The position numbers and the translations under genes are program-made. Positions 38,371 to 47,162 of a stretch of DNA of 61,106 nucleotides are shown here, one piece after another. Position 1 is the stretch's first letter; the number at the start of each line of letters is the position of its first letter. Under the pieces are notes generated by a model. The model saw only the letters and a program-made list of their open reading frames with translations, did not search any database and was not told the origin of the DNA. The DNA comes from an uncultured virus (IMG/VR IMGVR_UViG_3300033553_000790). Its lineage: Duplodnaviria; Heunggongvirae; Uroviricota; Caudoviricetes. Where the stretch lies: the IMG/VR virus record IMGVR_UViG_3300033553_000790. One strand, written 5' to 3'.

Positions 38371-38871
38371 TTAGTTAATTTCCCAGAGTTCAAGGATTTT
38401 ATCCTCGTCAATGTCCCAGTTTAGAACATCAATACCACTTAGGCTAAGTTCTTTAACGGGGGAGTAGCTACGGTCTCTGAGTTGAATATTCTCAACTACT
38501 CCCGATACCAGATAATCGTCGTTACCTTCTCCCCTCATCATGACCGTTACCCATTGGCCGGTTTTCAACATCTTAGGGTCAATTTTGGTGAAGGTTTTCC
38601 CTTTAGTTGATATTAGGTTGTCTTTGTTAACTGAGGGTACTTCAGTTATTGTGCTTGTGAAATTTGTGATTAGGCAACCGGAGGGCGTGTAGGGGGTGTC
38701 ACTAACGTCTGTGGTTTGGGCAACTTTTGCTAGGAACTCTCCTGTTCTTGGTTTGAAATCATTGTCGCTTGATGTTATGATGGTTCCTTTTTCAATTACA
38801 GCGATTTCTATAGAGATTTTCTTTCCAGCGGGGATTTTCTTAGAATCATTGTAAAAATCAATTATGCTCAT
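38371..38871 (-). CDS. Hypothetical protein, paralog of 39032-39529
   Basis: Shares IEKGTI..F.PR.GE and L.STKGKTFT.ID motifs. Confidence 0.7.
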   Translation of the reverse strand: MSIIDFYNDSKKIPAGKKISIEIAVIEKGTIITSSDNDFKPRTGEFLAKVAQTTDVSDTPYTPSGCLITNFTSTITEVPSVNKDNLISTKGKTFTKIDPKMLKTGQWVTVMMRGEGNDDYLVSGVVENIQLRDRSYSPVKELSLSGIDVLNWDIDEDKILELWEIN

Positions 38872-38946
38872 CTGTTTTCTCCTGGTTTTTATAAGTTTTA
38901 TTTATCTAACGGTATTTTTGATGATACAATCCAAAGGTAAGGCTTC

Positions 38947-39021
<75 letters not shown>

Positions 39022-39031
39022 GGAAAAGTTA

Positions 39032-39529
39032 TTAACTTATAGTCCAGACATCAAGTATTGTATCTGGGTCCGTGATGTCTCGTGAGAAAATATCAATACC
39101 GCTGATAGTTAGTTGCGGGTAAAACCTATCGGGTACGAAATCCTCATCAACTGTTCCAGCGACTATACGGTAATCTTTACCTTTCATTGATTTCAGGGAG
39201 AGGGCAACCCAGTATCTTTTGTCTAACATTTCGGTATCAATATGTGTAAATGTTTTTCCTTTAGTTGATAACAAGTTCCTTTTATCTATAGATGAAACTT
39301 CTGCGATGTAAGATTCTGGACTTGTGAGTTGGAACCCAGATTCGGTTTGAGCGGGGGAACCGGGGCTTGTTGAGTAACCAATTTTCCCTATTATCTCCCC
39401 TGATCTGGGGCTGAAAGCACTATCGCTTGCTGTTACGATAGTTCCTTTTTCAATGGCGCTATTTTTTATATGTATTTTAGTTCCTACGGATACTTTCTTC
39501 AAATCGTTGTTAGCGTCACGTATGCTCAT
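39032..39529 (-). CDS. Hypothetical protein, paralog of 38371-38871
   Basis: Same length and motifs as paralog. Confidence 0.7.
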   Translation of the reverse strand: MSIRDANNDLKKVSVGTKIHIKNSAIEKGTIVTASDSAFSPRSGEIIGKIGYSTSPGSPAQTESGFQLTSPESYIAEVSSIDKRNLLSTKGKTFTHIDTEMLDKRYWVALSLKSMKGKDYRIVAGTVDEDFVPDRFYPQLTISGIDIFSRDITDPDTILDVWTIS

Positions 39530-39621
39530 TGGTTTCCCCTTAGTTTCTGTAAAGATGCTTCGTTGTGATGTTTTCCTAACGGTAAAAAGGGGAGGGTTGG
39601 AGTTAACAGTTAATTTTTCAT

Positions 39622-39705
39622 GTCATTGTGGCGGAACGGTAGACGCGCTAGCTTGAGGTGCTAGTGCCTGTAACAGGCGTGTGGGTTCGACTCCCATCAG
39701 TGACA
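39622..39705 (+). tRNA. tRNA-Leu(GAG)
   Basis: Type II cloverleaf; loop TTGAGGT. Confidence 0.95.
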
Positions 39706-39796
39706 CGGATAATAAATAATGACAGCAGTTATTTATGGCATACATTTAGTTTACTACTTGTATGTTTCTACCCTGGTCAAAACAGGTTGCTGTATT

Positions 39797-39869
39797 GCGG
39801 TGGTAGCTCAGTTGGTAGAGCATAACCTTGCCAAGGTTAAGGTCGCGGGTTCGAACCCCGTCCACCGCT
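39797..39869 (+). tRNA. tRNA-Gly(GCC)
   Basis: Cloverleaf; loop TTGCCAA. Confidence 0.95.
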
Positions 39870-39949
39870 CCTTTAGAATATTTAATGTACCTCACGTTAG
39901 GATATTCTGTAATGATTACCTGGTTAGATGACAAGGAGATTGGTTAAGG

Positions 39950-40183
39950 ATGGATAAAAATTTAATAACTTTTTGTCTTATAGAAGTTGAAACAAATTAT
40001 TCTGGGGTGGGTCGCTACACTAGGAAACATCAAGAGCTTTTTGATAAAATATTTGTTAATCTTGACCTTTCTGGTTTTAACGAATACAGGGATCATGTTA
40101 TTGAAATAGAGAACTTACTAAAGAGCCGTCAGCAGCATCAAGATGTGTCTGAAAGCATTAGCGAGTTTATGGATATAATTTAA
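39950..40183 (+). CDS. Small hypothetical protein
   Basis: 77 aa ORF with AAGGAG RBS. Confidence 0.5.
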   Translation: MDKNLITFCLIEVETNYSGVGRYTRKHQELFDKIFVNLDLSGFNEYRDHVIEIENLLKSRQQHQDVSESISEFMDII

Positions 40184-40189
40184 CACATT

Positions 40190-40260
40190 GCGGATGTAGC
40201 TCAACGGTAGAGCCTCAGTCTTCCAAACTGATGGTGCGGGTTCGATCCCCGTCATCCGCT
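40190..40260 (+). tRNA. tRNA-Gly(TCC)
   Basis: Cloverleaf; loop CTTCCAA. Confidence 0.95.
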
Positions 40261-40303
40261 CACAGTAACGGTTTCAACTAAACACGCCGTTAGATTAGGA
40301 ATT

Positions 40304-40819
40304 ATGAAAAATATAAATGATAAAGAAAAGTTAGCATATGAATTTGCTAAAAAAGCACACGGCTCACAGACACAAGGCCCAAGACCTTATATTGAACACC
40401 CTGAACAGGTTGTTGGTGTATTAAAAGAACATGGGTTCGGTAATGATGAGAACCTTATTCTCGCAGGATGGCTTCATGACACTATAGAAGATACAGATGT
40501 AACTTTTGAAATGGTAGAAGAAGCTTTCGGCACTGATGTAGCAGAGTTAGTTGACTATGTTTCCCAGCGGCCTGGCTCTAACCGTAAGGAAAGGATTAAA
40601 GCAACTTATCCTCACACAAGGAAGTCTTCCAGAGCTGTTGCTTTGAAACTATCTGACCGTATCGCTAATGTACGATACTCGGTTAACCCGAATGAAACGA
40701 ACAGGAGTTTCTTCTTAATGTATGCGAAAGAACATCCTGGTTTCACAGAAGGCCTGTTTTTACCTGGTGAGCATGTTAAACTTTGGGAGACGCTTAACTG
40801 GGAAGTAAAGAACGGATAA
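40304..40819 (+). CDS. HD-domain small alarmone hydrolase-like protein (RelA/SpoT hydrolase, Mesh1-like)
   Basis: AHGSQ, PYIEHP, AGWLHDTIEDT, KLSDRIAN motifs. Confidence 0.85.
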   Translation: MKNINDKEKLAYEFAKKAHGSQTQGPRPYIEHPEQVVGVLKEHGFGNDENLILAGWLHDTIEDTDVTFEMVEEAFGTDVAELVDYVSQRPGSNRKERIKATYPHTRKSSRAVALKLSDRIANVRYSVNPNETNRSFFLMYAKEHPGFTEGLFLPGEHVKLWETLNWEVKNG

Positions 40820-40827
40820 GAAATATT

Positions 40828-40912
40828 GTCGTTATGGCGGAATTGGCAGACGCGCTAGCCTCAGAAGTTAGTGTCCTTAACGGACGTGCGGGTTCAACTC
40901 CCGCTAACGACA
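40828..40912 (+). tRNA. tRNA-Leu(CAG)
   Basis: Type II cloverleaf; loop CTCAGAA. Confidence 0.95.
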
Positions 40913-40926
40913 CGCAAACACAATTT

Positions 40927-40999
40927 GTCCTTATAGCTCAGTGGATAGAGCAGCTGGCTTCGAACCAGCGTGTCGGGGGTTCGAATCCCTCTAAGGGCG
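40927..40999 (+). tRNA. tRNA-Arg(TCG)
   Basis: Cloverleaf; loop CTTCGAA. Confidence 0.93.
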
Positions 41000-41071
41000 C
41001 TTTACGGGCCTGTGGCAGCAGGTTTAGCGGTAGCTTACAGTTATTCTGAACAATAACTGCGGTTACTTTAT

Positions 41072-41146
41072 CGGGGCGTAGCTCAGCTTGGCCAGAGCGC
41101 GCGGTCAGGGGCCGTGAAGTCGCAGGTTCGAATCCTGTCACCCCGA
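41072..41146 (+). tRNA. tRNA-Pro(AGG), A34 and C33
   Basis: Pro body CGGGGCG/CACCCCG-A; CGCGG-TCAGGGG-CCGTG. Confidence 0.85.
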
Positions 41147-41174
41147 CTTCAAAAACAAAGTCTTATGACTTTAT

Positions 41175-41247
41175 TCTCCCATAGCTCAGTTGGCAGAGCA
41201 ATGGATTGTTAATCCATGTGTCGCTGGTTCGAGCCCAGCTGGGAGAG
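41175..41247 (+). tRNA. tRNA-Asn(GTT)
   Basis: Cloverleaf; loop TTGTTAA. Confidence 0.95.
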
Positions 41248-41340
41248 CTTTATCTTAGGATAATGTGAGAAGGTCCGTTAGAATATTACTTAGAGATTTA
41301 GAGCAAGATGTTTTATAAACTTCCAGACAAAGGATAAAAA

Positions 41341-41805
41341 TTGGCTACCAAATATTGTAATACATGCGAAAATAATAAAGATGTTAGTGAGTTCGGGAAA
41401 AACTCTTCCAAGAAAGATGGTCTACAGTCAAACTGTACATCATGTAGATCCGGTATGACTAAAGACTGGTATAAGAAGAACACTAGAAAACAAGTTGAGC
41501 GTGTAGCTAAAACAAAACAAGACATAGCTGAGATGTTGTATGCTTATAAATCAGAAAACCCTTACTGCCAGGGGCCTTGCGGGAACCAATATCCCCCTGA
41601 GGTTCTCCAGTTCGATCATATAGACCCTTCCACTAAGAAATTCAATCTTGGTGATGCCGCTAGAACTCAAGGTAGGTTAAAAGTTATAGAAGAAATGGAA
41701 AAATGTGTTCTTCTGTGCGCTAACTGCCACGCTTTACGTACCGCTAAACAATTCAACTGGTACGTTAATGACAAGAACCGCATCGTAGCGGAAATAGATA
41801 GCTAA
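41341..41805 (+). CDS. HNH endonuclease with N-terminal zinc finger
   Basis: CNTC..CTSC, LQFDHIDP, LCANCH. Confidence 0.85.
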   Translation: MATKYCNTCENNKDVSEFGKNSSKKDGLQSNCTSCRSGMTKDWYKKNTRKQVERVAKTKQDIAEMLYAYKSENPYCQGPCGNQYPPEVLQFDHIDPSTKKFNLGDAARTQGRLKVIEEMEKCVLLCANCHALRTAKQFNWYVNDKNRIVAEIDS

Positions 41806-41817
41806 AAACACGAACTT

Positions 41818-41904
41818 GGATAGTTGGCTGAGCGGCCTAAGGCGCTGGTCTTGAAAACCAGAGATGGGGAAACTCATCCGGGGGTTCAAATCCCTCACTA
41901 TCCG
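41818..41904 (+). tRNA. tRNA-Ser(TGA)
   Basis: Type II cloverleaf; loop CTTGAAA. Confidence 0.95.
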
Positions 41905-41936
41905 CCCATATAGGTTTCTGACAGAAACCTATTAAA

Positions 41937-42010
41937 GATCCTATAGCTCAGTTGGTTAGAGCGCTACCTCGACACGGTAGAGGTCACTGGTTCGAGTCCA
42001 GTTAGGATCA
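41937..42010 (+). tRNA. tRNA-Val(GAC)
   Basis: Cloverleaf; loop TCGACAC. Confidence 0.92.
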
Positions 42011-42100
42011 CTCCACATTTAAGATATATTAAGGATGGATATAAGATGAAGGATTTTAAGACATAGCCCCTTCAGTGCGAACTGAAGGAGGTGAAAACCA

Positions 42101-42280
42101 ATGAAGAAAGTAAAATATGATGGCACTGATTTCTCCAAAAACTGGAGGGTGAGTGATTACAGCGGTAAAACGTTAACCATCACGGAAAAAGGTAGAACCC
42201 GCAAACTAGCGGGGTTCTCCAACTTCAACGACGTTGCGGCATATGCCGCAATAGCGGGTGGAGTTCCAGTTAGGGAGTAA
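42101..42280 (+). CDS. 59-aa small protein absent from the ORF track (MKKVKYDGTDFSKNW...GVPVRE)
   Basis: Perfect AAGGAGGTGA SD, ATG 42101, TAA 42280. Confidence 0.65.
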   Translation: MKKVKYDGTDFSKNWRVSDYSGKTLTITEKGRTRKLAGFSNFNDVAAYAAIAGGVPVRE

Positions 42281-42318
42281 GACCCTTCGGTTTACGGTCA
42301 ACCATTAAAACCGTTTCA

Positions 42319-42391
42319 GCGCCTGTAGCTCAACGGATAGAGCATTTGACTACGAATCAAAAGGCTGCTGGTTCGAATCCAGTCAGGCGCA
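42319..42391 (+). tRNA. tRNA-Arg(ACG)
   Basis: Cloverleaf; loop CTACGAA. Confidence 0.95.
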
Positions 42392-42402
42392 CAATAATTT
42401 TT

Positions 42403-42479
42403 GGGGGCATAGCTCAGTTGGTTAGAGCGCTTCGCTGATAACGAAGAGGTCGCTAGTTCAACCCTAGCTGTCCCTACCA
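42403..42479 (+). tRNA. tRNA-Ile(GAT), CCA encoded
   Basis: Cloverleaf; loop CTGATAA. Confidence 0.95.
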
Positions 42480-42525
42480 AGCCGATATGGTTATCACAAT
42501 CACCCATATTGGAAGGTTAGACAAA

Positions 42526-43092
42526 ATGAACGGTAGACAGGAACCCCTCGTCCTTAAAGGAACTAACAAAACCCTTTACATAGAAGGACAAATGCTGCGC
42601 TTCAAATATGGTGTTAAAGACTTATTCTTCGGCTCTAAAGAGCTTAGAGGTTCAAAAGAGTTTCACCTGAGTGATGTAACTTCAGTACAGCATAAAAAGT
42701 CTGACCTCACAGGTTCCGGGTTCATACAATTCACCTTAGATGGTGGCCGCGATTTAGTAAGCAGTAGGGACGGCGCTAAAGAAGATGAGAACACTATTGT
42801 TTATATCAGTCCTTTCAAGAATGACCTTGCTGAAGAAATTGTAAATTACATTAGAAACTTTAAGAACGACAGCCATAACGGTAATTATAATAACAACTAC
42901 GGTAGGGAAAACGGTGATCGTTCACCAGAGGCACAAGAGCATACTTTGCGAGAAGAAGCCGCAGCTTTAGATTTCAAAAAGGAAGAAACTAAAAAGAAGA
43001 ACCCTCAAATTGAGATTTTGAATAAACAATTCAGCGAAGGTAACATAACTGAAGAGGAATTCATAAGAATGCTTAAAGTCTTTACTGACTAA
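42526..43092 (+). CDS. DUF4429-like PH-fold protein with C-terminal SHOCT domain
   Basis: GSKEFHLSDVTSVQ..GFIQF; C-terminal GNITEEEF. Confidence 0.65.
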   Translation: MNGRQEPLVLKGTNKTLYIEGQMLRFKYGVKDLFFGSKELRGSKEFHLSDVTSVQHKKSDLTGSGFIQFTLDGGRDLVSSRDGAKEDENTIVYISPFKNDLAEEIVNYIRNFKNDSHNGNYNNNYGRENGDRSPEAQEHTLREEAAALDFKKEETKKKNPQIEILNKQFSEGNITEEEFIRMLKVFTD

Positions 43093-43151
43093 ACTTATTT
43101 TTCTTCCGCCTTGACTTCAATGCTGTATGTATGCTATAGTAATAAAACAAT

Positions 43152-43247
43152 GGAGAGGTACCCAAGTCAGGCTCAAGGGGACTCACTGCTAATGAGTTAG
43201 GCCGGGTGAAACCCGGCGCGAGGGTTCGAATCCCTTCCTCTCCGCCA
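43152..43247 (+). tRNA. tRNA-Ser(GCT), CCA encoded
   Basis: Type II cloverleaf; loop CTGCTAA; TTGACT..TATAGT promoter just upstream. Confidence 0.95.
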
Positions 43248-43292
43248 AGTGCTTACATGGCCTGGGTTTAAGTCCCGCGTGTGAGTTCTGTT

Positions 43293-43364
43293 GCCTCAAT
43301 AGCTCAGTGGTAGAGCACTTTCTTGGTAAGAAAGAGGTCACGGGTTCGACCCCCGTTTGAGGCT
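43293..43364 (+). tRNA. tRNA-Thr(GGT)
   Basis: Cloverleaf; loop TTGGTAA. Confidence 0.95.
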
Positions 43365-43570
43365 CTGTATCTCGTACTAATTACTGTACGAGGTTCAAAT
43401 AGAAGCTGTGAATGGTATGCACCAACGGATACTGTAACGCCAAGTATCTAAATGCCAGGAGCACCCTCTAGTTCTACGCTTTATGTAGAAGGGCGAAATG
43501 CGAAAGCAGTTTCGTTAGTGACATGGGCACCAGTGGAAAAGGCTATCCGCTGATCTGAAATGTCACACCC

Positions 43571-43643
43571 GCCTCGTTAGCTCAGTCGGTAGAGCGTTCC
43601 ACTCGTAATGGAAAGGTCGCCGGTTCGATCCCGGCATGAGGCT
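43571..43643 (+). tRNA. tRNA-Thr(CGT)
   Basis: Cloverleaf; loop CTCGTAA. Confidence 0.95.
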
Positions 43644-43657
43644 CTTAAAAAAATATT

Positions 43658-43745
43658 GGAAGCGTGGCTGAGTGGCTTAAGGCGCTTGCTTGGAAAGCAA
43701 GTGAACATCTAGTGTGTTCCGCAGGTTCAAATCCTGTCGCTTCCG
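43658..43745 (+). tRNA. tRNA-Ser(GGA)
   Basis: Type II cloverleaf; loop TTGGAAA. Confidence 0.95.
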
Positions 43746-43776
43746 CTAGGAATGAGAAAAAGCTAGGGGAAGTAAC

Positions 43777-44208
43777 ATGAGAGATAAGAACATTCATGAT
43801 GCGTCGGCTTACCTGTTATCTAAGTTCGATAGGCCAGTTGCGACATCTAAACTGCAATTACTTATGTATTTAGCTCAAGGCTGGCATCTTGCTCTTGACG
43901 GTGAGCCTCTGTTTGATAACGAATATACCGCTGGGAAGTTAGGGCCATTCTCTCAAGAGTTGCGTTCATCATTCAGAGAAGAAGATCAGGCAGTAAGCTC
44001 ATGGAAATTAGGGAATGAGATACGCTTAACTAGAGAAAACAAAATTATTTTAGATTCAATAGCACGGCAATATGGAGCTTTGACTAGTTTAGAGATTAGA
44101 AGTATAGGCAATAAAAACAAATCAGTAATTCCTTGGGTCGGTACAGGTGATATAATTGATAAGAGCGAAATAAAGTCAGGCTTTAAGAAATTCTTAGATG
44201 TAAAATAA
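43777..44208 (+). CDS. Panacea (DUF4065/SocA-like) antitoxin-domain protein
   Basis: KLQLLMYLAQGWHL..EPLF..AGKLGP..YG..PW motifs. Confidence 0.75.
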   Translation: MRDKNIHDASAYLLSKFDRPVATSKLQLLMYLAQGWHLALDGEPLFDNEYTAGKLGPFSQELRSSFREEDQAVSSWKLGNEIRLTRENKIILDSIARQYGALTSLEIRSIGNKNKSVIPWVGTGDIIDKSEIKSGFKKFLDVK

Positions 44209-44222
44209 CGAGAGGTAATTAG

Positions 44223-44468
44223 ATGAGTTCAGATAACTACTATTATGTCGATTATGATGGTGAAGATTTTTTCCTTTATCACATGTTCTATTCAGATGAG
44301 GGATCGCCTGCGGAGAAGTACAAAGATATGAACAAAGAGCCTCTAAGGGTTGAAGGCGTATCGAAGCTGTATGCCATCTTAAGTGACCCTAATGACTATA
44401 CAGAGTACCCGCCGGTTTACTCCGCGAGCGCTAAGGCTCTTCTTATGAAAAGAATCCTCAGAGATTAA
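44223..44468 (+). CDS. Small hypothetical protein downstream of Panacea gene
   Basis: 81 aa ORF with GAGG RBS. Confidence 0.5.
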   Translation: MSSDNYYYVDYDGEDFFLYHMFYSDEGSPAEKYKDMNKEPLRVEGVSKLYAILSDPNDYTEYPPVYSASAKALLMKRILRD

Positions 44469-44524
44469 TTTGTATAAATAGTTTTTGTATGCTATAATTT
44501 ACCTATATAGTGAAAGATACAAAT

Positions 44525-44598
44525 GGGCGTGTAGCTCAGCTGGTTAGAGCAGCGGTTTTACACACCGCAGGTCGTGGGTTCGAATCCCACCGCGCCCA
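44525..44598 (+). tRNA. tRNA-Val(TAC)
   Basis: Cloverleaf; loop TTTACAC. Confidence 0.95.
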
Positions 44599-44629
44599 CG
44601 ATTTACAATAAAATAGAGTATATTTTTTT

Positions 44630-44711
44630 GCCCCTGTGGTGGAATTGGCAGACACGCTTGACTTAAAATCAAGTGTCTTCGGACGTGTGGGTTCAAGTCC
44701 CACCGGGGGTA
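44630..44711 (+). tRNA. tRNA-Leu(TAA)
   Basis: Type II cloverleaf; loop CTTAAAA. Confidence 0.95.
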
Positions 44712-44793
44712 CTATATCAAATCTTCTTTAGGATTTGACATGTATGATAAACCATGGTAACGTACATTATATAACTTAATAAAGAATGTCGTT

Positions 44794-44866
44794 GCCCTTG
44801 TAGCTCAGGGGATAGAGCAGCTGGTTTCTACCCAGCGTGTCGGGGGTTCGAATCCCTCCAAGGGTG
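44794..44866 (+). tRNA. tRNA-Arg(TCT)
   Basis: Cloverleaf; loop TTTCTAC. Confidence 0.93.
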
Positions 44867-44932
44867 CTTTACAGTAAAAATGCTACAAAACTGTAAAAGG
44901 TTTTCAATATTTACCTTAACAAATATTGGTTT

Positions 44933-45010
44933 GCCTCGTTAGCTCAGTCCGGCCAGAGCACTCGCCTTGTAAGCGAGCGGTCGTGGGTTCGAATCCCACA
45001 CGGGGCTCCA
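44933..45010 (+). tRNA. tRNA-Thr(TGT), CCA encoded
   Basis: Cloverleaf; loop CTTGTAA. Confidence 0.95.
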
Positions 45011-45015
45011 TTTAT

Positions 45016-45086
45016 GCGAATGTAGTTCAATGGTAGAATGTCTGCTTCCCAAGTAGATTATGCGGGTTCGATTCCCTCCATTCGCT
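45016..45086 (+). tRNA. tRNA-Gly(CCC)
   Basis: Cloverleaf; loop TTCCCAA; T-stem mismatches. Confidence 0.85.
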
Positions 45087-45100
45087 CTAAAAGATATTAT

Positions 45101-45189
45101 GGAAGCGTGGCAGAGCCCGGCTTATCGCGCTAGTTTCGAAAACTAGTAAACTGTAAAAAGTTTCGCAGGTTCAAATCCTGTCGCTTCCG
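45101..45189 (+). tRNA. tRNA-Ser(CGA)
   Basis: Type II cloverleaf; loop TTCGAAA. Confidence 0.93.
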
Positions 45190-45360
45190 CATAATTTTCA
45201 TTCATTCAGTTGCTTTTTATATTAACCTGTGCTAGGATACGTAAATATAGTCGAATTGAACTTTGAAAAAAGAATAGAAACACAAAAACTTATAATCTCA
45301 CTAAAACGTGGGGACGGTTCAGGATGACACCTCGCCAGCTAACGAGGGTGGAATCCTATG

Positions 45361-45434
45361 GGGCCTATAGCTCAGTTGGTTAGAGCGCTTCGCTGATAAC
45401 GAAGAGGTCACTGGTTCAAATCCAGTTAGGCCCA
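45361..45434 (+). tRNA. tRNA-Ile(GAT)
   Basis: Cloverleaf; loop CTGATAA. Confidence 0.95.
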
Positions 45435-45483
45435 CGACTCCCCGGTGAATATGGCTTCAAGCTGTTCATCGGGTTGTCACCAA

Positions 45484-45554
45484 GGTGGTGTGTCCGAGTG
45501 GCTAGGTCACGGTCTGCAAAACCGTTCACACGGGTTCGAATCCCGTTACCACCT
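45484..45554 (+). tRNA. tRNA-Cys(GCA)
   Basis: Cloverleaf; loop CTGCAAA; U73. Confidence 0.95.
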
Positions 45555-45631
45555 CTTTATATTTTGTACATTTTAAAAGATGTGCTATAATATATTTAAG
45601 TACAACAATTGGTCAAATGAAAGGGCTGAAA

Positions 45632-45796
45632 ATGACATCATCCGAACGTAGCGCAGAAAACCGACGTAAGCGTATTCATGCTGAAAAAGCATATGATCGC
45701 GGGTTGGTAAGGAAGTACAACACTGCTAAACGTGAGTTCCGCGATATCGCTAAGAGTATCCGGAGCGCAAGTCTCAAAGATAAGAAAGATAAGTAA
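45632..45796 (+). CDS. 54-aa basic small protein absent from the ORF track
   Basis: GAAAGGG RBS, upstream TGCTATAAT -10, MTSSERSAENRRKR...KDK. Confidence 0.5.
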   Translation: MTSSERSAENRRKRIHAEKAYDRGLVRKYNTAKREFRDIAKSIRSASLKDKKDK

Positions 45797-45854
45797 ATAA
45801 AGGCTTAGGTTAGGGTAACCGCTGTCATTTTGAAGAGGTCGCCCTAACCTATAT

Positions 45855-45926
45855 GGCGCTGTAGTTCAGGGGTAGAACACTCCTCTCATACGGGAGATGT
45901 CGGTGGTTCAAATCCACCCAGCGCTA
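45855..45926 (+). tRNA. tRNA-Met(CAT), elongator
   Basis: Cloverleaf; loop CTCATAC. Confidence 0.9.
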
Positions 45927-46007
45927 CTACCTAAAAACTGGTTTGTTGTAAGGTTTGACAAAACTAGTTTTTAGGTTTATAGTAATAAAATAAGTTAATA
46001 ACAGTAG

Positions 46008-46081
46008 GGGCCTTTAGCTCAGTTGGTTAGAGCAGTTCACTCATAATGAACCGGTCGTGGGTTCGAGTCCCACAAGGCCCA
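46008..46081 (+). tRNA. tRNA-Ile2/Met(CAT), probably lysidine-type Ile2
   Basis: GGGCCTT acceptor like Ile tRNAs; loop CTCATAA. Confidence 0.85.
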
Positions 46082-46126
46082 CTGTGAGCATTTTTTATAG
46101 CTCACTACAAATAAAAAAATAAGCAT

Positions 46127-46499
46127 GGGGATGTCACTGGTTTCGACTGGTGTTAGTACATAGCCCAATGCACGTCGAGTGAATCTTGTTAAGCTCGTAA
46201 AAATAAATAAGAAAAAACAAATGCAAACCGTAATACGTTCGCACTAGCCGCTTAGCGGCTGTCAGGATTACTTAGGTATTTTTCTTTTCCGCTCCATATA
46301 GTCCTGGCTCATCTTAAAAGGAGAAGGCTTGAATTGTTGATTAGTGTTTTAAACAATTTGAGTATTATAAACACAAAGCGAATTCTATGAATGTTGATGT
46401 AAAAGAGTTCATTTCGCTTTAAGGAGAATATGTCATCTAAACGTGTACACATTGGATTATTAAAATATCAGGACGGGGGTTCGAATCCCCCCATCTCCA
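46127..46499 (+). ncRNA. ssrA: tmRNA; tag peptide (A)ANRNTFALAA at 46223-46255
   Basis: GGGGATG..GGTTTCGAC 5' end, G3:U70, tag ending ALAA-stop, GGACGGGGGTTCGAATCCCCCCATCTCCA 3' end. Confidence 0.95.
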
Positions 46500-46518
46500 C
46501 TAATAGTAACTGTATAAG

Positions 46519-46893
46519 TTACCTATCCCCGAAAGGTATTTTCTTTGGGGTTCCCTCATCAAGGTTCATGGCTGTTACTTGACCTTCGGAATAGAATTCA
46601 ACTCTTGAAAGAATACTCTCATCATAATAATATGTTGCGTAAGGGTTAACCGTATCATCAAGATAATGGATTTCTTTTAATAGATTACCACTATAAAAAT
46701 ATTGTTTAGAAGCTAAAGAGCCATTATAGCGGTATTTACCATATTCGGTAATGAGATATTTCTCAGGTACCCTGAATAACGTTAAAATGATTTTGTTATA
46801 AAATTTAGAAACCCTATTCTGAGAGTAATCAGATGATAAAGGTACAGCTAATAACCCTATGGTAAACGTCGCTACGATAATATCAAAAAACAT
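46519..46893 (-). CDS. Hypothetical protein with N-terminal hydrophobic segment
   Basis: 124 aa ORF. Confidence 0.45.
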   Translation of the reverse strand: MFFDIIVATFTIGLLAVPLSSDYSQNRVSKFYNKIILTLFRVPEKYLITEYGKYRYNGSLASKQYFYSGNLLKEIHYLDDTVNPYATYYYDESILSRVEFYSEGQVTAMNLDEGTPKKIPFGDR

Positions 46894-47000
46894 TCTTTAT
46901 TCACTACCTTGGGAATAGTTCTATAATTATATATCTGTATATTATTGGGTTGCGTTTCACGTTAGAGTATGGTAGTATTAAAAAACAAGTTTAACAACTT

Positions 47001-47128
47001 GGGAGGTTGGCAGAGTCAGGTTTATTGCGAGCTCATTTGTCTTGTTGTGACAAATACTTCTCATTGATTTGAGAGTTAAAAGAGCTAGGGGCCCTATCCC
47101 CTCGAAGGTTCAAATCCTTTACCTCCCA
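47001..47128 (+). ncRNA. Type II tRNA scaffold with anticodon loop replaced by two hairpins
   Basis: GGGAGGT/ACCTCCC-A, AGCTC/GAGCT stem enclosing 47 nt, AGGGG/CCCCT variable arm, GAAGG-TTCAAAT-CCTTT. Confidence 0.75.
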
Positions 47129-47162
47129 CTATTTTTAACGACTATTTTAAGGAGCTATAAAA

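Noticed and set aside
43251..43287. tRNA minihelix-like hairpin (GCTTACAT..GGGTTTAAGTCCC..GTGTGAGT)
   Set aside because: Too short and the T loop imperfect; cannot be distinguished from an ordinary spacer hairpin.
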